A DNA stretch of 64,000 bases from positions 167,928 through 231,927 of the forward strand of contig VMGF01000002.1 of the NCBI GenBank assembly GCA_007376445.1. Reading direction: 5' to 3'. The notes under the pieces were generated by a model, which saw only the letters and a program-made list of their open reading frames with translations, was not told the DNA's origin and did not search any database. Positions 14,670 to 24,360 of this stretch are shown here, piece after piece. Position 1 is the first letter of the stretch. Each line of letters starts with the position of its first letter. This stretch comes from Parcubacteria group bacterium Gr01-1014_3 (GTDB lineage: Bacteria; Patescibacteriota; Minisyncoccia; UBA6257; WO2-44-18). A program made the position numbers and the translations under genes.

Positions 14670-15386
14670 ATGAGGCTGCACAGATTCATCGGAAATTTTA
14701 ATCTATCAAAAAACAAGCTGACTATTTCGGATAAGGAAATAGTGAATCAGATCCTTAAAGTTCTTCGGCTTAAGGTTGGCGATGAGATCTATCTCGGCGA
14801 TGGGAAAGAGAATAGCGCGCTCGCGAAAATTTCGGCAATTTCTAAAACCGGCATCGAAGTTCAGCTTTCTGAAGTTGGTAAAAATGAGAGTGAACTTCCG
14901 GTTTACGGCATTCTTTACTGTTCGATTCTCAAGCGGGAAAATTTTGAACTGGTGGCGCAAAAAGCTACCGAGATCGGCATCAAAGAGATCGTACCAATCA
15001 TTTCTAGCCGAACCATCAAACTAAGCCTACGCGAAGACCGCCTGGAGAAAATCATAAAAGAAGCGGCGGAGCAGTCCGGCCGGGGCGAACTTCCGATTCT
15101 CCATAAACCGATGAAGTTCGATGACGCGCTGACGCACTCACGAGCCAATGATTTAAATGTATTTTGTCATCCGGGCGGCGAACTACTGAAAGACATAAAA
15201 CACGCATTTCAAAAGGTGGGAATTTTCGTGGGGCCGGAGGGTGGCTGGGACGAAGCGGAAGAAAAGGCGGTGACTAACTTAAGCACAGGCGCCGGACACT
15301 ACAAGATTGCCAACCTCGGCCCACTCACACTCCGCGCGGAAACCGCCGCGATCGTGGCTACTTATGCCGTCTTAAATCTGAAGTAA
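14670..15386 (+). CDS. rsmE: 16S rRNA m3U1498 methyltransferase
   Basis: KVLRL, QKATEIG, EAAEQSGR, VGPEGG, LRAETAA. Confidence 0.95.
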   Translation: MRLHRFIGNFNLSKNKLTISDKEIVNQILKVLRLKVGDEIYLGDGKENSALAKISAISKTGIEVQLSEVGKNESELPVYGILYCSILKRENFELVAQKATEIGIKEIVPIISSRTIKLSLREDRLEKIIKEAAEQSGRGELPILHKPMKFDDALTHSRANDLNVFCHPGGELLKDIKHAFQKVGIFVGPEGGWDEAEEKAVTNLSTGAGHYKIANLGPLTLRAETAAIVATYAVLNLK

Positions 15387-15391
15387 ATAAA

Positions 15392-15721
15392 ATGGAGCTC
15401 ATCAAATTTGAAGATTTTCAGAAGATAGAGCTCAAAATTGCCAAAGTTCTGGAGGCCAGCCAGGTTGAAGGCTCGGACAAACTTTTAAAACTGAAAGTTT
15501 CGCTTGGCGAAGCCGGAGAACGACAAATAATTGCCGGGATCGGAAAAAGCTATGAGCCGGATTTTTTGATCGGCAAAGAAGTCGCCATCGTGGCCAATCT
15601 CGAACCGCGGATGCTGATGGGGCTGGAAAGCCAAGGCATGATCTTAGCCGCCAAGGGCGAAGCTGGGCCAATCGTGCTCTTTCCGGAAAAGGAAGTCTCG
15701 CCAGGAGCCACAATAAGTTAG
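15392..15721 (+). CDS. Stand-alone tRNA-binding OB-fold protein (MetRS C-terminal/Trbp111/CsaA family)
   Basis: FEDFQKIELK, DKLLKL, RQIIAGI, NLEPR.LMG.ESQGMILAA. Confidence 0.9.
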   Translation: MELIKFEDFQKIELKIAKVLEASQVEGSDKLLKLKVSLGEAGERQIIAGIGKSYEPDFLIGKEVAIVANLEPRMLMGLESQGMILAAKGEAGPIVLFPEKEVSPGATIS

Positions 15722-15778
15722 TAATTAAGTAATTGGTAATTTGTAATTACATAATGACTTAATAACTCAATTACTAAA

Positions 15779-16837
15779 TTGAATTCATCTTTTTTTCTTA
15801 AAATTTTGTTTCTATTGGTAGCCTTAGTGGTCGTCGGATCTTTTGCTGTTCCTGACCCGGAACCTATCGTTTTAGATATTTCCGTGAGCGACATCACGAT
15901 CGAGCCGATCAAGGAAGTAATAACGGCGCCAAAGCCAGCTCCAATTACTAAACCGAAACCCGTCCCTGTCGTGGTATCTAAACCTCCAGTCATTGAAATA
16001 CCAACAAGCACCCCAATCGTTGAAGTACCAGCTGTAGTTAAACCACTCACGCCATCTCTCCCGCCTTTAACTCAAAATGATCTTGAAAATATTATGTACG
16101 CGGTGGTGCGAATCCGCTGCGGCGGAACTTATGGATCTGGCGCTGTGATCCGAGTTGAAGATAAACGCTACGCGCTGACGGCCGCTCACGTGGTGGTGGA
16201 TCGGATCGCGGCGAAAAAAGAAACTTGTGATATTATTTTCCCAAGAAAAGATGATTTTGGAGTATTTAAAGAAGCTTATTATCGGCCGGGCAAGATCTTG
16301 GCGCCGGAACAGACCCAATCACAATATAAAAATAACGCCCATGATATCGCTGTCCTGGAAATCTTGCCGATAGAAGAAGACGCGCGGGTATTTCCGGATG
16401 GCCAGCCATTCGTGAATTACGCTTTTTGCCCAGCCAATACACTTCAGGACGACACGCTTTTGATCGGCTACCCGATCAACGCCGGAACTACGGCCACTCC
16501 GGGCGGGGTTATATCTAAATTCCCAGGCGTGGTCGCCCAATATTCTGATATCGATGGAGTTGAAGCGCGGGCCGAAGCTCAATTCTCCGGCGGTTTTGCT
16601 TATTACCCGATTTTAAAAAATACCAAAGATACTACCAGCTATCACCCGATCACCATTAGCGTCAGCACTAATAATTTCTCCGGCGCTTCCGGCGGATTAG
16701 TTTTTAATATCAGCAAACAATGCGTTCTTGGTATCAACACCGCCACCGGCTCGGTAAATAATGTAATTTACGGAATCAGTATGAACCCGGCATTCCAGCC
16801 AATCGTAGATTTCCTGGAAACCGCGATGAGTTTGTAA
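15779..16837 (+). CDS. Membrane-anchored trypsin-like serine protease
   Basis: N-terminal TM, Pro-rich linker, LTAAHV, DIAVL, GASGG. Confidence 0.8.
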   Translation: MNSSFFLKILFLLVALVVVGSFAVPDPEPIVLDISVSDITIEPIKEVITAPKPAPITKPKPVPVVVSKPPVIEIPTSTPIVEVPAVVKPLTPSLPPLTQNDLENIMYAVVRIRCGGTYGSGAVIRVEDKRYALTAAHVVVDRIAAKKETCDIIFPRKDDFGVFKEAYYRPGKILAPEQTQSQYKNNAHDIAVLEILPIEEDARVFPDGQPFVNYAFCPANTLQDDTLLIGYPINAGTTATPGGVISKFPGVVAQYSDIDGVEARAEAQFSGGFAYYPILKNTKDTTSYHPITISVSTNNFSGASGGLVFNISKQCVLGINTATGSVNNVIYGISMNPAFQPIVDFLETAMSL

Positions 16838-18874
16838 TTATTGCACCACCACTTTTCCACCAGCCTTAAAGACATTGCTCGCCGGCCACCAGGAGCCGAA
16901 CTCAAAAGATTCATCCGCTAAAAACTCTACCGTGCCGATCTGTCCGGGAGCTAAGCCTCCAGTTTTAAATTTGGAGCTACGCACTTCCAATCCAGCCGGA
17001 TAAACATTTTCTCTGCGGATGATGAAAGTAATTCTGACCTTGGCGCCGCGCGGCACGGTCAAAACTGACGACGGATAAAAACCGGCATCATCGGCCTCGA
17101 TCTTGAATTCACGGATAGACGGCTCGGTCGTGGAAGTAGGCTTAATAGGTTCAATTTCAAGCGGCATGATGATCGGATCGATAGTCGGAGCTGGCTTCGG
17201 AGTCGGCGCCATGACAGGAGTTTTAACGCCAAGGCACTCCTGATACGCCTTATTCAATGCTTCAGATTTTATCTGATAATCCTTCTCGCTGAGCAGATTG
17301 GAGATGACCAACTCTTTCAAACGGCGCATTTCGGACAGGATCTTTTCGCAGGCATCGGAGGTTCTCGGTTCTATGGTTTTTTGCTCAACCGCCGGCCGGA
17401 GAGCGCCTTCAATCATGCGGGCCAGATCCTGTAAAAAACCTTTGACGTGGCCGATGTGAAGATTGGCCCCAGCCAAATCTTTCTTCGCGAACGCGTCCCG
17501 GGCATACTGGAGGTGTTGCTTGGCCTGATCCAATAAGGCATAGGCTTTCGGATTATTTTCCTGGGTCATCTTGCGATCGATCAGGAGCATCTCGTATTTT
17601 TTAATCCGAAGATCAAATTCGGCAAATATCTTTTCAAGCTCACCGGTATCGGTGGTATTTTTTTCTCCCAGCAATCTGATCGCGTTTCTCGCTAAAACCT
17701 CAGCAGATCTAGCCTGCCCGAAAGCTTCCCCGGCTTTCCCGTTAGTCAGGGCAGAGCCAGCTTCGCGTAAATGCGCCTCGGCTTCTTTGAGTAGCGATGC
17801 CGCCACGCCAGTCGTGTCTTTACGTTCGGCAAGCAGTTTTTTAGCCTCTTCGATAACCTTGGCGGCCCGATCCATCTGCTCTTTTGCTCGTTGAGTGAGG
17901 TCTTCCTCACCTTTGATCAAAGCCTCATAGCTGGAGGATATTTTCCTGATCGCCTCGGAAACCCGGCGGTCAGCCTGCTCCCGAATTTCCTGTAAAATTA
18001 CCGAACGCCGGACATAGTCACCCGGCAAACCCTCAATAGCTTCGCCCACTCCTTCCACTCCATCTTTATCTAAAACATCATTCAGATCTTTTTCTAACTG
18101 CTCGCCGAGACCGTGGCGAAGTTTCTCAAATGCCTCGCGAACATCTTCAGAAGATTTCCTTTGGATGCGGTCGATGATCTCCAGAGACCGGATGTGCTTC
18201 AACTCTCCTCCCTCACCCTCCAAGAGAGCCTGCTCAAATTTTGCCACTAAATTAGAGGGATCTTCTTTGTCAGCCGCGGCGGCGATACCCTCTTCGATAT
18301 TGCCCTTAGCATCTTCGGCGATATCTTTGATCTCTTGCGAATCATCAAAACGGGTGATCAGTTCATCGAAAACTTTTTCATGCTGAATGGTCCGTTCGGC
18401 TAGTTTGGAAAGCAGTTTATCCACTTCCGGGTTTTTAGAAGTTTCACGCAGAGCTTCAAGTCGGGCCTTCAATCTCGCTTGCGCTGCCTGGTAATTTTCC
18501 ACGGCGTCTAAAATCGCCTCGTGATCATCCCCGCTCACCTCCTCTACCTTCTTAAGCTCGGCTAGTTTAGTGTTGGCGATATCTAGCTCAAGTGTGACGC
18601 GACTGGTTGGGTTGAAAGTAAAAACTCTCTGAATAGTCCGTCCCAGTTCCTTAAAAAAATAAAACGGGTTGGATGGCAAGATTCCCGGATTCTCCACGCC
18701 AAGTTCGGCGGCAGAAACCGATTCATCCGCGGAAATTGTTATTTCGACGGGCTCACCCGCCGCCGTTAAAACTCCGGCGGGCAAGCCCGCTTGGGCGAGG
18801 GCAAAGTTGGTAATACCAGCGCTGGATAAGGTCATTAAGCCAGCCGCGGTTAAACTGATAATGATTTTTTTCAT
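16838..18874 (-). CDS. Secreted DUF5667-like helical protein with a C-terminal cupredoxin-like domain
   Basis: Signal peptide, PGILPSNPFYFFKE; C-terminal F.P..LTV..G..V.I.F. Confidence 0.7.
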   Translation of the reverse strand: MKKIIISLTAAGLMTLSSAGITNFALAQAGLPAGVLTAAGEPVEITISADESVSAAELGVENPGILPSNPFYFFKELGRTIQRVFTFNPTSRVTLELDIANTKLAELKKVEEVSGDDHEAILDAVENYQAAQARLKARLEALRETSKNPEVDKLLSKLAERTIQHEKVFDELITRFDDSQEIKDIAEDAKGNIEEGIAAAADKEDPSNLVAKFEQALLEGEGGELKHIRSLEIIDRIQRKSSEDVREAFEKLRHGLGEQLEKDLNDVLDKDGVEGVGEAIEGLPGDYVRRSVILQEIREQADRRVSEAIRKISSSYEALIKGEEDLTQRAKEQMDRAAKVIEEAKKLLAERKDTTGVAASLLKEAEAHLREAGSALTNGKAGEAFGQARSAEVLARNAIRLLGEKNTTDTGELEKIFAEFDLRIKKYEMLLIDRKMTQENNPKAYALLDQAKQHLQYARDAFAKKDLAGANLHIGHVKGFLQDLARMIEGALRPAVEQKTIEPRTSDACEKILSEMRRLKELVISNLLSEKDYQIKSEALNKAYQECLGVKTPVMAPTPKPAPTIDPIIMPLEIEPIKPTSTTEPSIREFKIEADDAGFYPSSVLTVPRGAKVRITFIIRRENVYPAGLEVRSSKFKTGGLAPGQIGTVEFLADESFEFGSWWPASNVFKAGGKVVVQ

Positions 18875-18942
18875 ATATTACATAATAGCATAAAATAGGG
18901 CGGCATTTGACAGCTTCTATTCTAAAAACTAAAATTATACCT

Positions 18943-19731
18943 ATGATTAAAAAATTAATAACAACGGTCGCTTTGTCGTTAGTAGTCGCCATGCCAGTCG
19001 CGGCGCAGGAAGCTACAAACGTCCAGCCTACCGGTATTAGAAAAGAGGTTCGAGAAATGCGGGAAGAAACCCTCAAGGATATAAAGGGTATTCGGACCGA
19101 TGCTCAAGCTCAAGTAAAGAGCCTGCGCGATAGCCTACAGGTTGATCTGAAGGCCAAGAGAGAAGAGTTCCAGAAAACAGTTGACGCGAAACGCGAAGAA
19201 GTAAAAACTAAAATCGAGGCTCAGCGCGCGGAATTAAAGGCCCGCCTGGAAAAAATTAAAGATGAGCGCAAGAAGTCGTTAGTCGAGAAGTTGGCGAAGA
19301 GACTCGACGAAATTAACGACAACCGGACCAGGCACTATGGTGAAGTCGTGACTAAAATCGAAAAATCCCTGGAGCGTGTTGCTTCCAGGACCGATAAGGC
19401 CGCTAGCCGAGGATTAGATGTAGCCGCGGTAAAAACCGCGATTGAAGCCGCCAAGAAAGCGATTGCCGATGCCCGGACCGCTATTCAGACTCAAGCCGGT
19501 AAAACCTATCCGATCAACGTGACTACCGAAGTAGCCCTCCGCGCCGCTGTTAAAGCCGCGCATGACGCTTTGAAGGATGATCTTAAGAAAGTTCATGATG
19601 CTGTAAAAGCCGCTCATGACGCCGTCCGCAAGGCCGCTGTGGCTTTAGCGCAAATTCCAAAAGTAGATGATGATTCCGCAACCACAACTCCTTCTTCGGT
19701 CGACAACAACAATCCAACTAATAATCCGTAA
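18943..19731 (+). CDS. Secreted coiled-coil protein
   Basis: Signal peptide MIKKLITTVALS..; long K/E/R/A-rich helices. Confidence 0.75.
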   Translation: MIKKLITTVALSLVVAMPVAAQEATNVQPTGIRKEVREMREETLKDIKGIRTDAQAQVKSLRDSLQVDLKAKREEFQKTVDAKREEVKTKIEAQRAELKARLEKIKDERKKSLVEKLAKRLDEINDNRTRHYGEVVTKIEKSLERVASRTDKAASRGLDVAAVKTAIEAAKKAIADARTAIQTQAGKTYPINVTTEVALRAAVKAAHDALKDDLKKVHDAVKAAHDAVRKAAVALAQIPKVDDDSATTTPSSVDNNNPTNNP

Positions 19732-19742
19732 ACATTAAACCT

Positions 19743-19949
19743 ATGAGCAAAACACTTATGGCGATCGTCGTTTTGGCGGTAGTAGTTATCTTGGGCTTCT
19801 GGCTGATGGGTCCATCCGCTGAGGCTCCGAGCGATACCGCCAGCGAAGCCGATACTACGGCGATGATCTCGCAGGAATTAGACAGCGTGAATCTTGGCGA
19901 TCTGGATAAGGAAATGCAAGATGTCACAGCCGAGTTGAACAACCTCTAA
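19743..19949 (+). CDS. Small single-TM protein
   Basis: N-terminal TM and acidic tail. Confidence 0.65.
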   Translation: MSKTLMAIVVLAVVVILGFWLMGPSAEAPSDTASEADTTAMISQELDSVNLGDLDKEMQDVTAELNNL

Positions 19950-19953
19950 AAAT

Positions 19954-19989
19954 AAAAAACCACCCGGTCGAATGACTGGGTGGTTTTTT
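19954..19989. terminator. Intrinsic terminator (CCCGGTCGAATGACCGGG family)
   Basis: aaaaaaccacccggtc-gaat-gactgggtggtttttt. Confidence 0.8.
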
Positions 19990-20014
19990 ATTTCAAATCG
20001 TTTAAAATAGAAAC

Positions 20015-20725
20015 ATGCATAAAAAACTCTCAGGATTTTTGAATCTGCCAACTGCAATATTTTTAGCCGGACTAATGGTCGCCGTAGCCCTCATCTACGC
20101 CACGGGAAAAGATATCATTCAGCCAGCCTCGCCAGCTCAGCTAGGCGGGCCGAGCCAAGCCAATGTTTTTGATACCCTACTCGCTGGTTCAGATTATTAC
20201 GTACGTGGCAATCCGAACGCGCCCGTGAAGATCATCGAATATTCGGATCTTGAATGTCCATTTTGTAAAAAATTTCAATTAACCATGCAGGAAGTCATGA
20301 GCGCTTATGGCGATCAGGTGGCTTGGATCTATAAGCATTTCCCGCTAGATAGTATTCACTCGAAAGCCCGCGCGGAGGCGAATGCCGCCGAATGCGCCGG
20401 CGAACAGGGCGGTAATAAATCCTTTTGGGATTATCTCGACCGGATCTTCGCCATTACGCCATCGAATAATGGCCTCGACCTGAATGAACTCCCAAAAATC
20501 GCGCAATCTTTGAACTTAAACATGCAAAAATTTCAGCAATGCCTGACTTCAAATAAGTTTGCCTCTCGTATTGAGTCGCATTATCAGGAAGGATTGGAAG
20601 TCGGCGCGCTTGGAACTCCATATTCGATCGTGATCGCGCCAAATGGACAAAAAGGCGTGATTAATGGCGCTCAAGATTATTCCGCGGTTAAGAAGATCAT
20701 CGACACCGCGTTAAAGCTTAAATAG
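20015..20725 (+). CDS. DsbA/thioredoxin-fold disulfide oxidoreductase
   Basis: EYSDLECPFC, HFPL, GTP. Confidence 0.9.
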   Translation: MHKKLSGFLNLPTAIFLAGLMVAVALIYATGKDIIQPASPAQLGGPSQANVFDTLLAGSDYYVRGNPNAPVKIIEYSDLECPFCKKFQLTMQEVMSAYGDQVAWIYKHFPLDSIHSKARAEANAAECAGEQGGNKSFWDYLDRIFAITPSNNGLDLNELPKIAQSLNLNMQKFQQCLTSNKFASRIESHYQEGLEVGALGTPYSIVIAPNGQKGVINGAQDYSAVKKIIDTALKLK

Positions 20726-21127
20726 TTACTTTTTATCTTCGCAATTAACCGGTTCTGAACTTAGGAACTGGGCCGGTAAAATACTTTCGGCAGCCTTTGT
20801 TAAAACCGAGGAAAGCAGGCTGGGCTTGTCATCATTCTTCGCGCGAAGATCGGTAATCAGTTTTTCCGCTTCTTCGGCAAAGCTTTTCGGAATCGTACTC
20901 GTGGTCTTTACTTCAACTAACTTGGTCTCTAATTTAGAGATCACTTTTTCCCGCTTCTCTGCTGGAGTTGATAAAAAATCTTCCGCTGCCTCTTTGACCT
21001 TAGCGGGGGCGGCTTTAAGCTCAGAAATCGCCGTTTTAGCCTTATTTGCCACGTCTTCGGGTAAGCCATAGAGAAAGACCCACCCGGCTAACGCCGTGGA
21101 GATAATGATGAAAAATAAGGTCTTCAT
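20726..21127 (-). CDS. Hypothetical membrane-anchored protein
   Basis: 133-aa ORF with N-terminal TM; TATAAT 6 nt before ATG. Confidence 0.65.
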   Translation of the reverse strand: MKTLFFIIISTALAGWVFLYGLPEDVANKAKTAISELKAAPAKVKEAAEDFLSTPAEKREKVISKLETKLVEVKTTSTIPKSFAEEAEKLITDLRAKNDDKPSLLSSVLTKAAESILPAQFLSSEPVNCEDKK

Positions 21128-21187
21128 AAATTCATTATATCATCACTAAATAAAAAGCCCTCCAACTGATTAGTTGGAGGGGAATTA

Positions 21188-23449
21188 TTATCTCAGCTCA
21201 CAAGCACCAGCCGAGCAGGCCAGCTCGCGGGCGCCTTTTGTCTCATCATCCTTTTCGTAAAGCAGGATCTGAGAGAAATCTATCTCGGGAAAATTCTTGG
21301 CCATCTCTTCGTACTGCTCTTTGGTAATTTCTTCGTAGGGAGCCAGAGAATAAACGTGCTCTTCGCGGGGAAAGAAAGAAAGTCCGCCAACCATATCCCA
21401 GTTCTTATCCAGCCAGTTAGCGACCTCAAGCCACTCACTCTTACCGACATAAACCGAAACGGAAGGGTTGTGCTCGGTGAAATTTTCTTTTACCAACTTC
21501 CAGCGTTCCAGCTGTTGCAAAGCAGTCACGTCTTTCATAGTAATAGAACCTTCCGGAGATTTTACCGGGAATTCCAGCACGTAAGTCGCCGCCGTATCCT
21601 CGTTCTGTCCGTTCTCCGGGAAATAGTTGATTTTCTGATCTTTGAGCATCTTAAACAAACTGTCAGTGGCCGAAATCCGGTATCGCCGAATGTAATACGG
21701 GAAATAACGGGTGTGTAGGCCGGAGGATGAATCAACCAGCTGAGAAACAGTGCCCGATGGCTTAACACAAGTAACCGCCACGGATGAATTGATGCCGATC
21801 CGCTTGGAATACAGCCGGTTGGTCGCGATAGCATGCGTCTTCAGCTTCTGGAAAATTTCCGGATTATTTAGCAGTGGACAGTCCCACTGACCAGTAATCG
21901 AAACACCCAGTAAGCGCTCTTGTTCGCAGTTCTTCTGCCACTCTTCTGATAGATATGGGAAATAAGTCAGCGAGGACTGATAAGTGCCGAGAATCGAAGC
22001 AATTCTAATCTTTTTCAACAGCGTTTCTTCGGTATCTTCCGCGCGCGCCACGACCTCGGTCAGATTACAGAATTCTTTGGATTTCAGCACGATCTCACCG
22101 CAAGGATTGGTGCCGCAGGTATCAGCGTCTTTCGCGAATATTTTCCAGCGCCTGGCCGGAAGTTGTTTTTCCAGTCCACCGCGATTAAAGATGCCGCGCT
22201 CACCACTGCCAGCCTTCGCCAGCGCGAGCCATTCTTCCATAAACTCGACCGTATCAGGTTTTTGATTGTAAGCAACGGAGTTATTCGCCATCTTACGCTG
22301 TTCATCGGTCTGGTGGAAATAACCGGTTTTGGCGGCTCGCATATCGAGATCATCCAGATCCGAAAGCGAAAGCATGGCACTCCGGCGGACTCCGCCCATC
22401 TCCACGATCTCACCGATCTTACAGAGAATGTCGTGGACATCGATCGGCTTCAGCCGACGACCTTGGCGCTTCAAAATTCTTTGACGAGTAAACTCCATCA
22501 AGGCCATTAGTGGCCCCGGACCGGAACTACGTCCACCCATCGTGCGCAAACGCGTGCCAGCCCTACGAATCTTGGAATAGTCGAATTTAACATCTTCACC
22601 GGCATACCAGGTCTCCATTCCGAAAATTATCGTGTCCGCCCAGCCTTCTTTGCTATCCGGAACGACATGAACCGGCCGCGTTTTTCCTGCCTGCTTCTTG
22701 ATCTGTGGAAGCTGTTCGACATTCTGGTATTCAACCGAGAAGCCGACACCCGTGCCGCACATCGAAAGATACATAACTTCACCGAAATCCCTGATTTTAG
22801 TAATCGCCACGAACGAGCAGTTATACGCCGCGGCATTAGTCGCCGCAGCCGCTTTACCGGCGCTCCATATCAGACGCATTGAAGGCATCGCACCTTGCGT
22901 TAAAATTGCTTCCCGAACCTCGGCGTATTCTTCATCGGTCAACTTATCGCCAAGATTTTCCTTCATAAAGGCCATATAGCGATCTACAGACTCGACCCAG
23001 GTCTCGCGGCGCACTTCTTCTTCGATCCAACGCGAATAGCTGCGAAAATAAATGAATTCACCTTCCAGTCCGCGGAAGTATTTCTTACTTTCCGCGACCA
23101 GCTGCTTGACCCTCTCTGGTACAACCCGGCTCTTTTCGCGGAGCTCGGCTCGATTCACCCGATAAAGGATGTAAGCTTTGGCGGTTTTCGCGTATTCCTC
23201 AAGAATCAGAATTTTTTCGGCGGTATCTTGAATTTGCTCGATATTTAAAACCTGCTTGGGACGATATTCCTTCAGCAGATCAGCGACAACCTTATCAGCT
23301 ACCTTATAAGCATCTTTCTCACTTCCTTCACCGACAGCCTGCATAGCTTTCCAGACGGCCGCGGCAATCCGCTCTTCGTTAAAAGGCACAACACTGCCAT
23401 CGCGTTTTCTCACCTGAGTAAACATTTTGGCGTTTTTGTCTTTTTGCAC
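21188..23449 (-). CDS. nrdJ: Ribonucleotide reductase with ATP cone, probably class II (adenosylcobalamin-dependent)
   Basis: VRKRDG ATP cone, MPSMR, YNCSF, GGVRRSA, TNPCGE, KPSGT, C-terminal ELACSAGACE; no adjacent beta subunit. Confidence 0.85.
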   Translation of the reverse strand: MQKDKNAKMFTQVRKRDGSVVPFNEERIAAAVWKAMQAVGEGSEKDAYKVADKVVADLLKEYRPKQVLNIEQIQDTAEKILILEEYAKTAKAYILYRVNRAELREKSRVVPERVKQLVAESKKYFRGLEGEFIYFRSYSRWIEEEVRRETWVESVDRYMAFMKENLGDKLTDEEYAEVREAILTQGAMPSMRLIWSAGKAAAATNAAAYNCSFVAITKIRDFGEVMYLSMCGTGVGFSVEYQNVEQLPQIKKQAGKTRPVHVVPDSKEGWADTIIFGMETWYAGEDVKFDYSKIRRAGTRLRTMGGRSSGPGPLMALMEFTRQRILKRQGRRLKPIDVHDILCKIGEIVEMGGVRRSAMLSLSDLDDLDMRAAKTGYFHQTDEQRKMANNSVAYNQKPDTVEFMEEWLALAKAGSGERGIFNRGGLEKQLPARRWKIFAKDADTCGTNPCGEIVLKSKEFCNLTEVVARAEDTEETLLKKIRIASILGTYQSSLTYFPYLSEEWQKNCEQERLLGVSITGQWDCPLLNNPEIFQKLKTHAIATNRLYSKRIGINSSVAVTCVKPSGTVSQLVDSSSGLHTRYFPYYIRRYRISATDSLFKMLKDQKINYFPENGQNEDTAATYVLEFPVKSPEGSITMKDVTALQQLERWKLVKENFTEHNPSVSVYVGKSEWLEVANWLDKNWDMVGGLSFFPREEHVYSLAPYEEITKEQYEEMAKNFPEIDFSQILLYEKDDETKGARELACSAGACELR

Positions 23450-23547
23450 TAGTCTCTCCCCTTTCTCTAAAGAGAAAAATTGATTTGTAAAACTACTAAT
23501 TACAAATTATACAGGAGCGGTACAAAAAAGAACAATATTTTGGATTG

Positions 23548-23619
23548 TGCCGCGGGAGGGAATTGAACCCCCGACACGACGCTCTTCAGGCGTCTGCTCT
23601 ACCACTGAGCTACCGCGGC
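23548..23619 (-). tRNA. trnF: tRNA-Phe(GAA)
   Basis: GCCGCGG acceptor; anticodon arm GACGC-CTGAAGA-GCGTC; GGTTCAATTCC. Confidence 0.95.
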
Positions 23620-23688
23620 AATAGGAACATTTTATCACATTCTTGAATTATATCAATTATAAAAAACTACCGCTTGGGTAGTTTTTAA

Positions 23689-24309
23689 TTATTTTATTAC
23701 ACGCTTTTTCTTATTTTCTTCCTGTTTACGTTCAAGGTCGGAATTCAAGAATACAAATTTATAATAATCTATTTCCAACCCGGCTTTTTCCAACTCATCG
23801 CTGATGTCCTGAAGGTTCTTCTCCAAAATTTTCTTGATCTCCGGGGTAATTTCAATCGCCTGATAAAAATTAAAATCGTATTCCGGAGCAAGGGCGGCGC
23901 CGATCTTATCAAGGCTCGCGCCGTAGAAATTATCGCACCGATTCACGCCACTGCACCGGTATCGCCCATCAGGCATTAGTGTAATGGCGGCGAGGTGCAT
24001 GATCCTATCAATGCCAGAAACATGGTGATCGGGGGTTTTCATATAGTCCACGTAATGCCCGAGCCATATTAGCCAAGCCCGCTGGCCTTTATTCATAGCC
24101 GCTACAACTTCTACAGAAGCTCCGTCTTCACAATCCCCTTTTCCCATGGAAAGAGTGTAGGGCACGCCTTGCCATTTATCTTCACCCTCCGGCTCGGCAA
24201 CATATTCGAATCTCGCGCCACTAACCGGTAGTCGGTAATCATCCCGGAAAATACTACACGCCAATAAAAATAAAAGCGGGGTAACAAAAAACGCGCGTTT
24301 TATATTCAT
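23689..24309 (-). CDS. Lipoprotein with a transglutaminase-like cysteine proteinase motif
   Basis: LLAC lipobox; GDCED motif and downstream His. Confidence 0.6.
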   Translation of the reverse strand: MNIKRAFFVTPLLFLLACSIFRDDYRLPVSGARFEYVAEPEGEDKWQGVPYTLSMGKGDCEDGASVEVVAAMNKGQRAWLIWLGHYVDYMKTPDHHVSGIDRIMHLAAITLMPDGRYRCSGVNRCDNFYGASLDKIGAALAPEYDFNFYQAIEITPEIKKILEKNLQDISDELEKAGLEIDYYKFVFLNSDLERKQEENKKKRVIK

Positions 24310-24360
24310 GCAAACCCTCTTCTTTCAAAAGACTTATTTAATTATACCAATTCACGGAAT

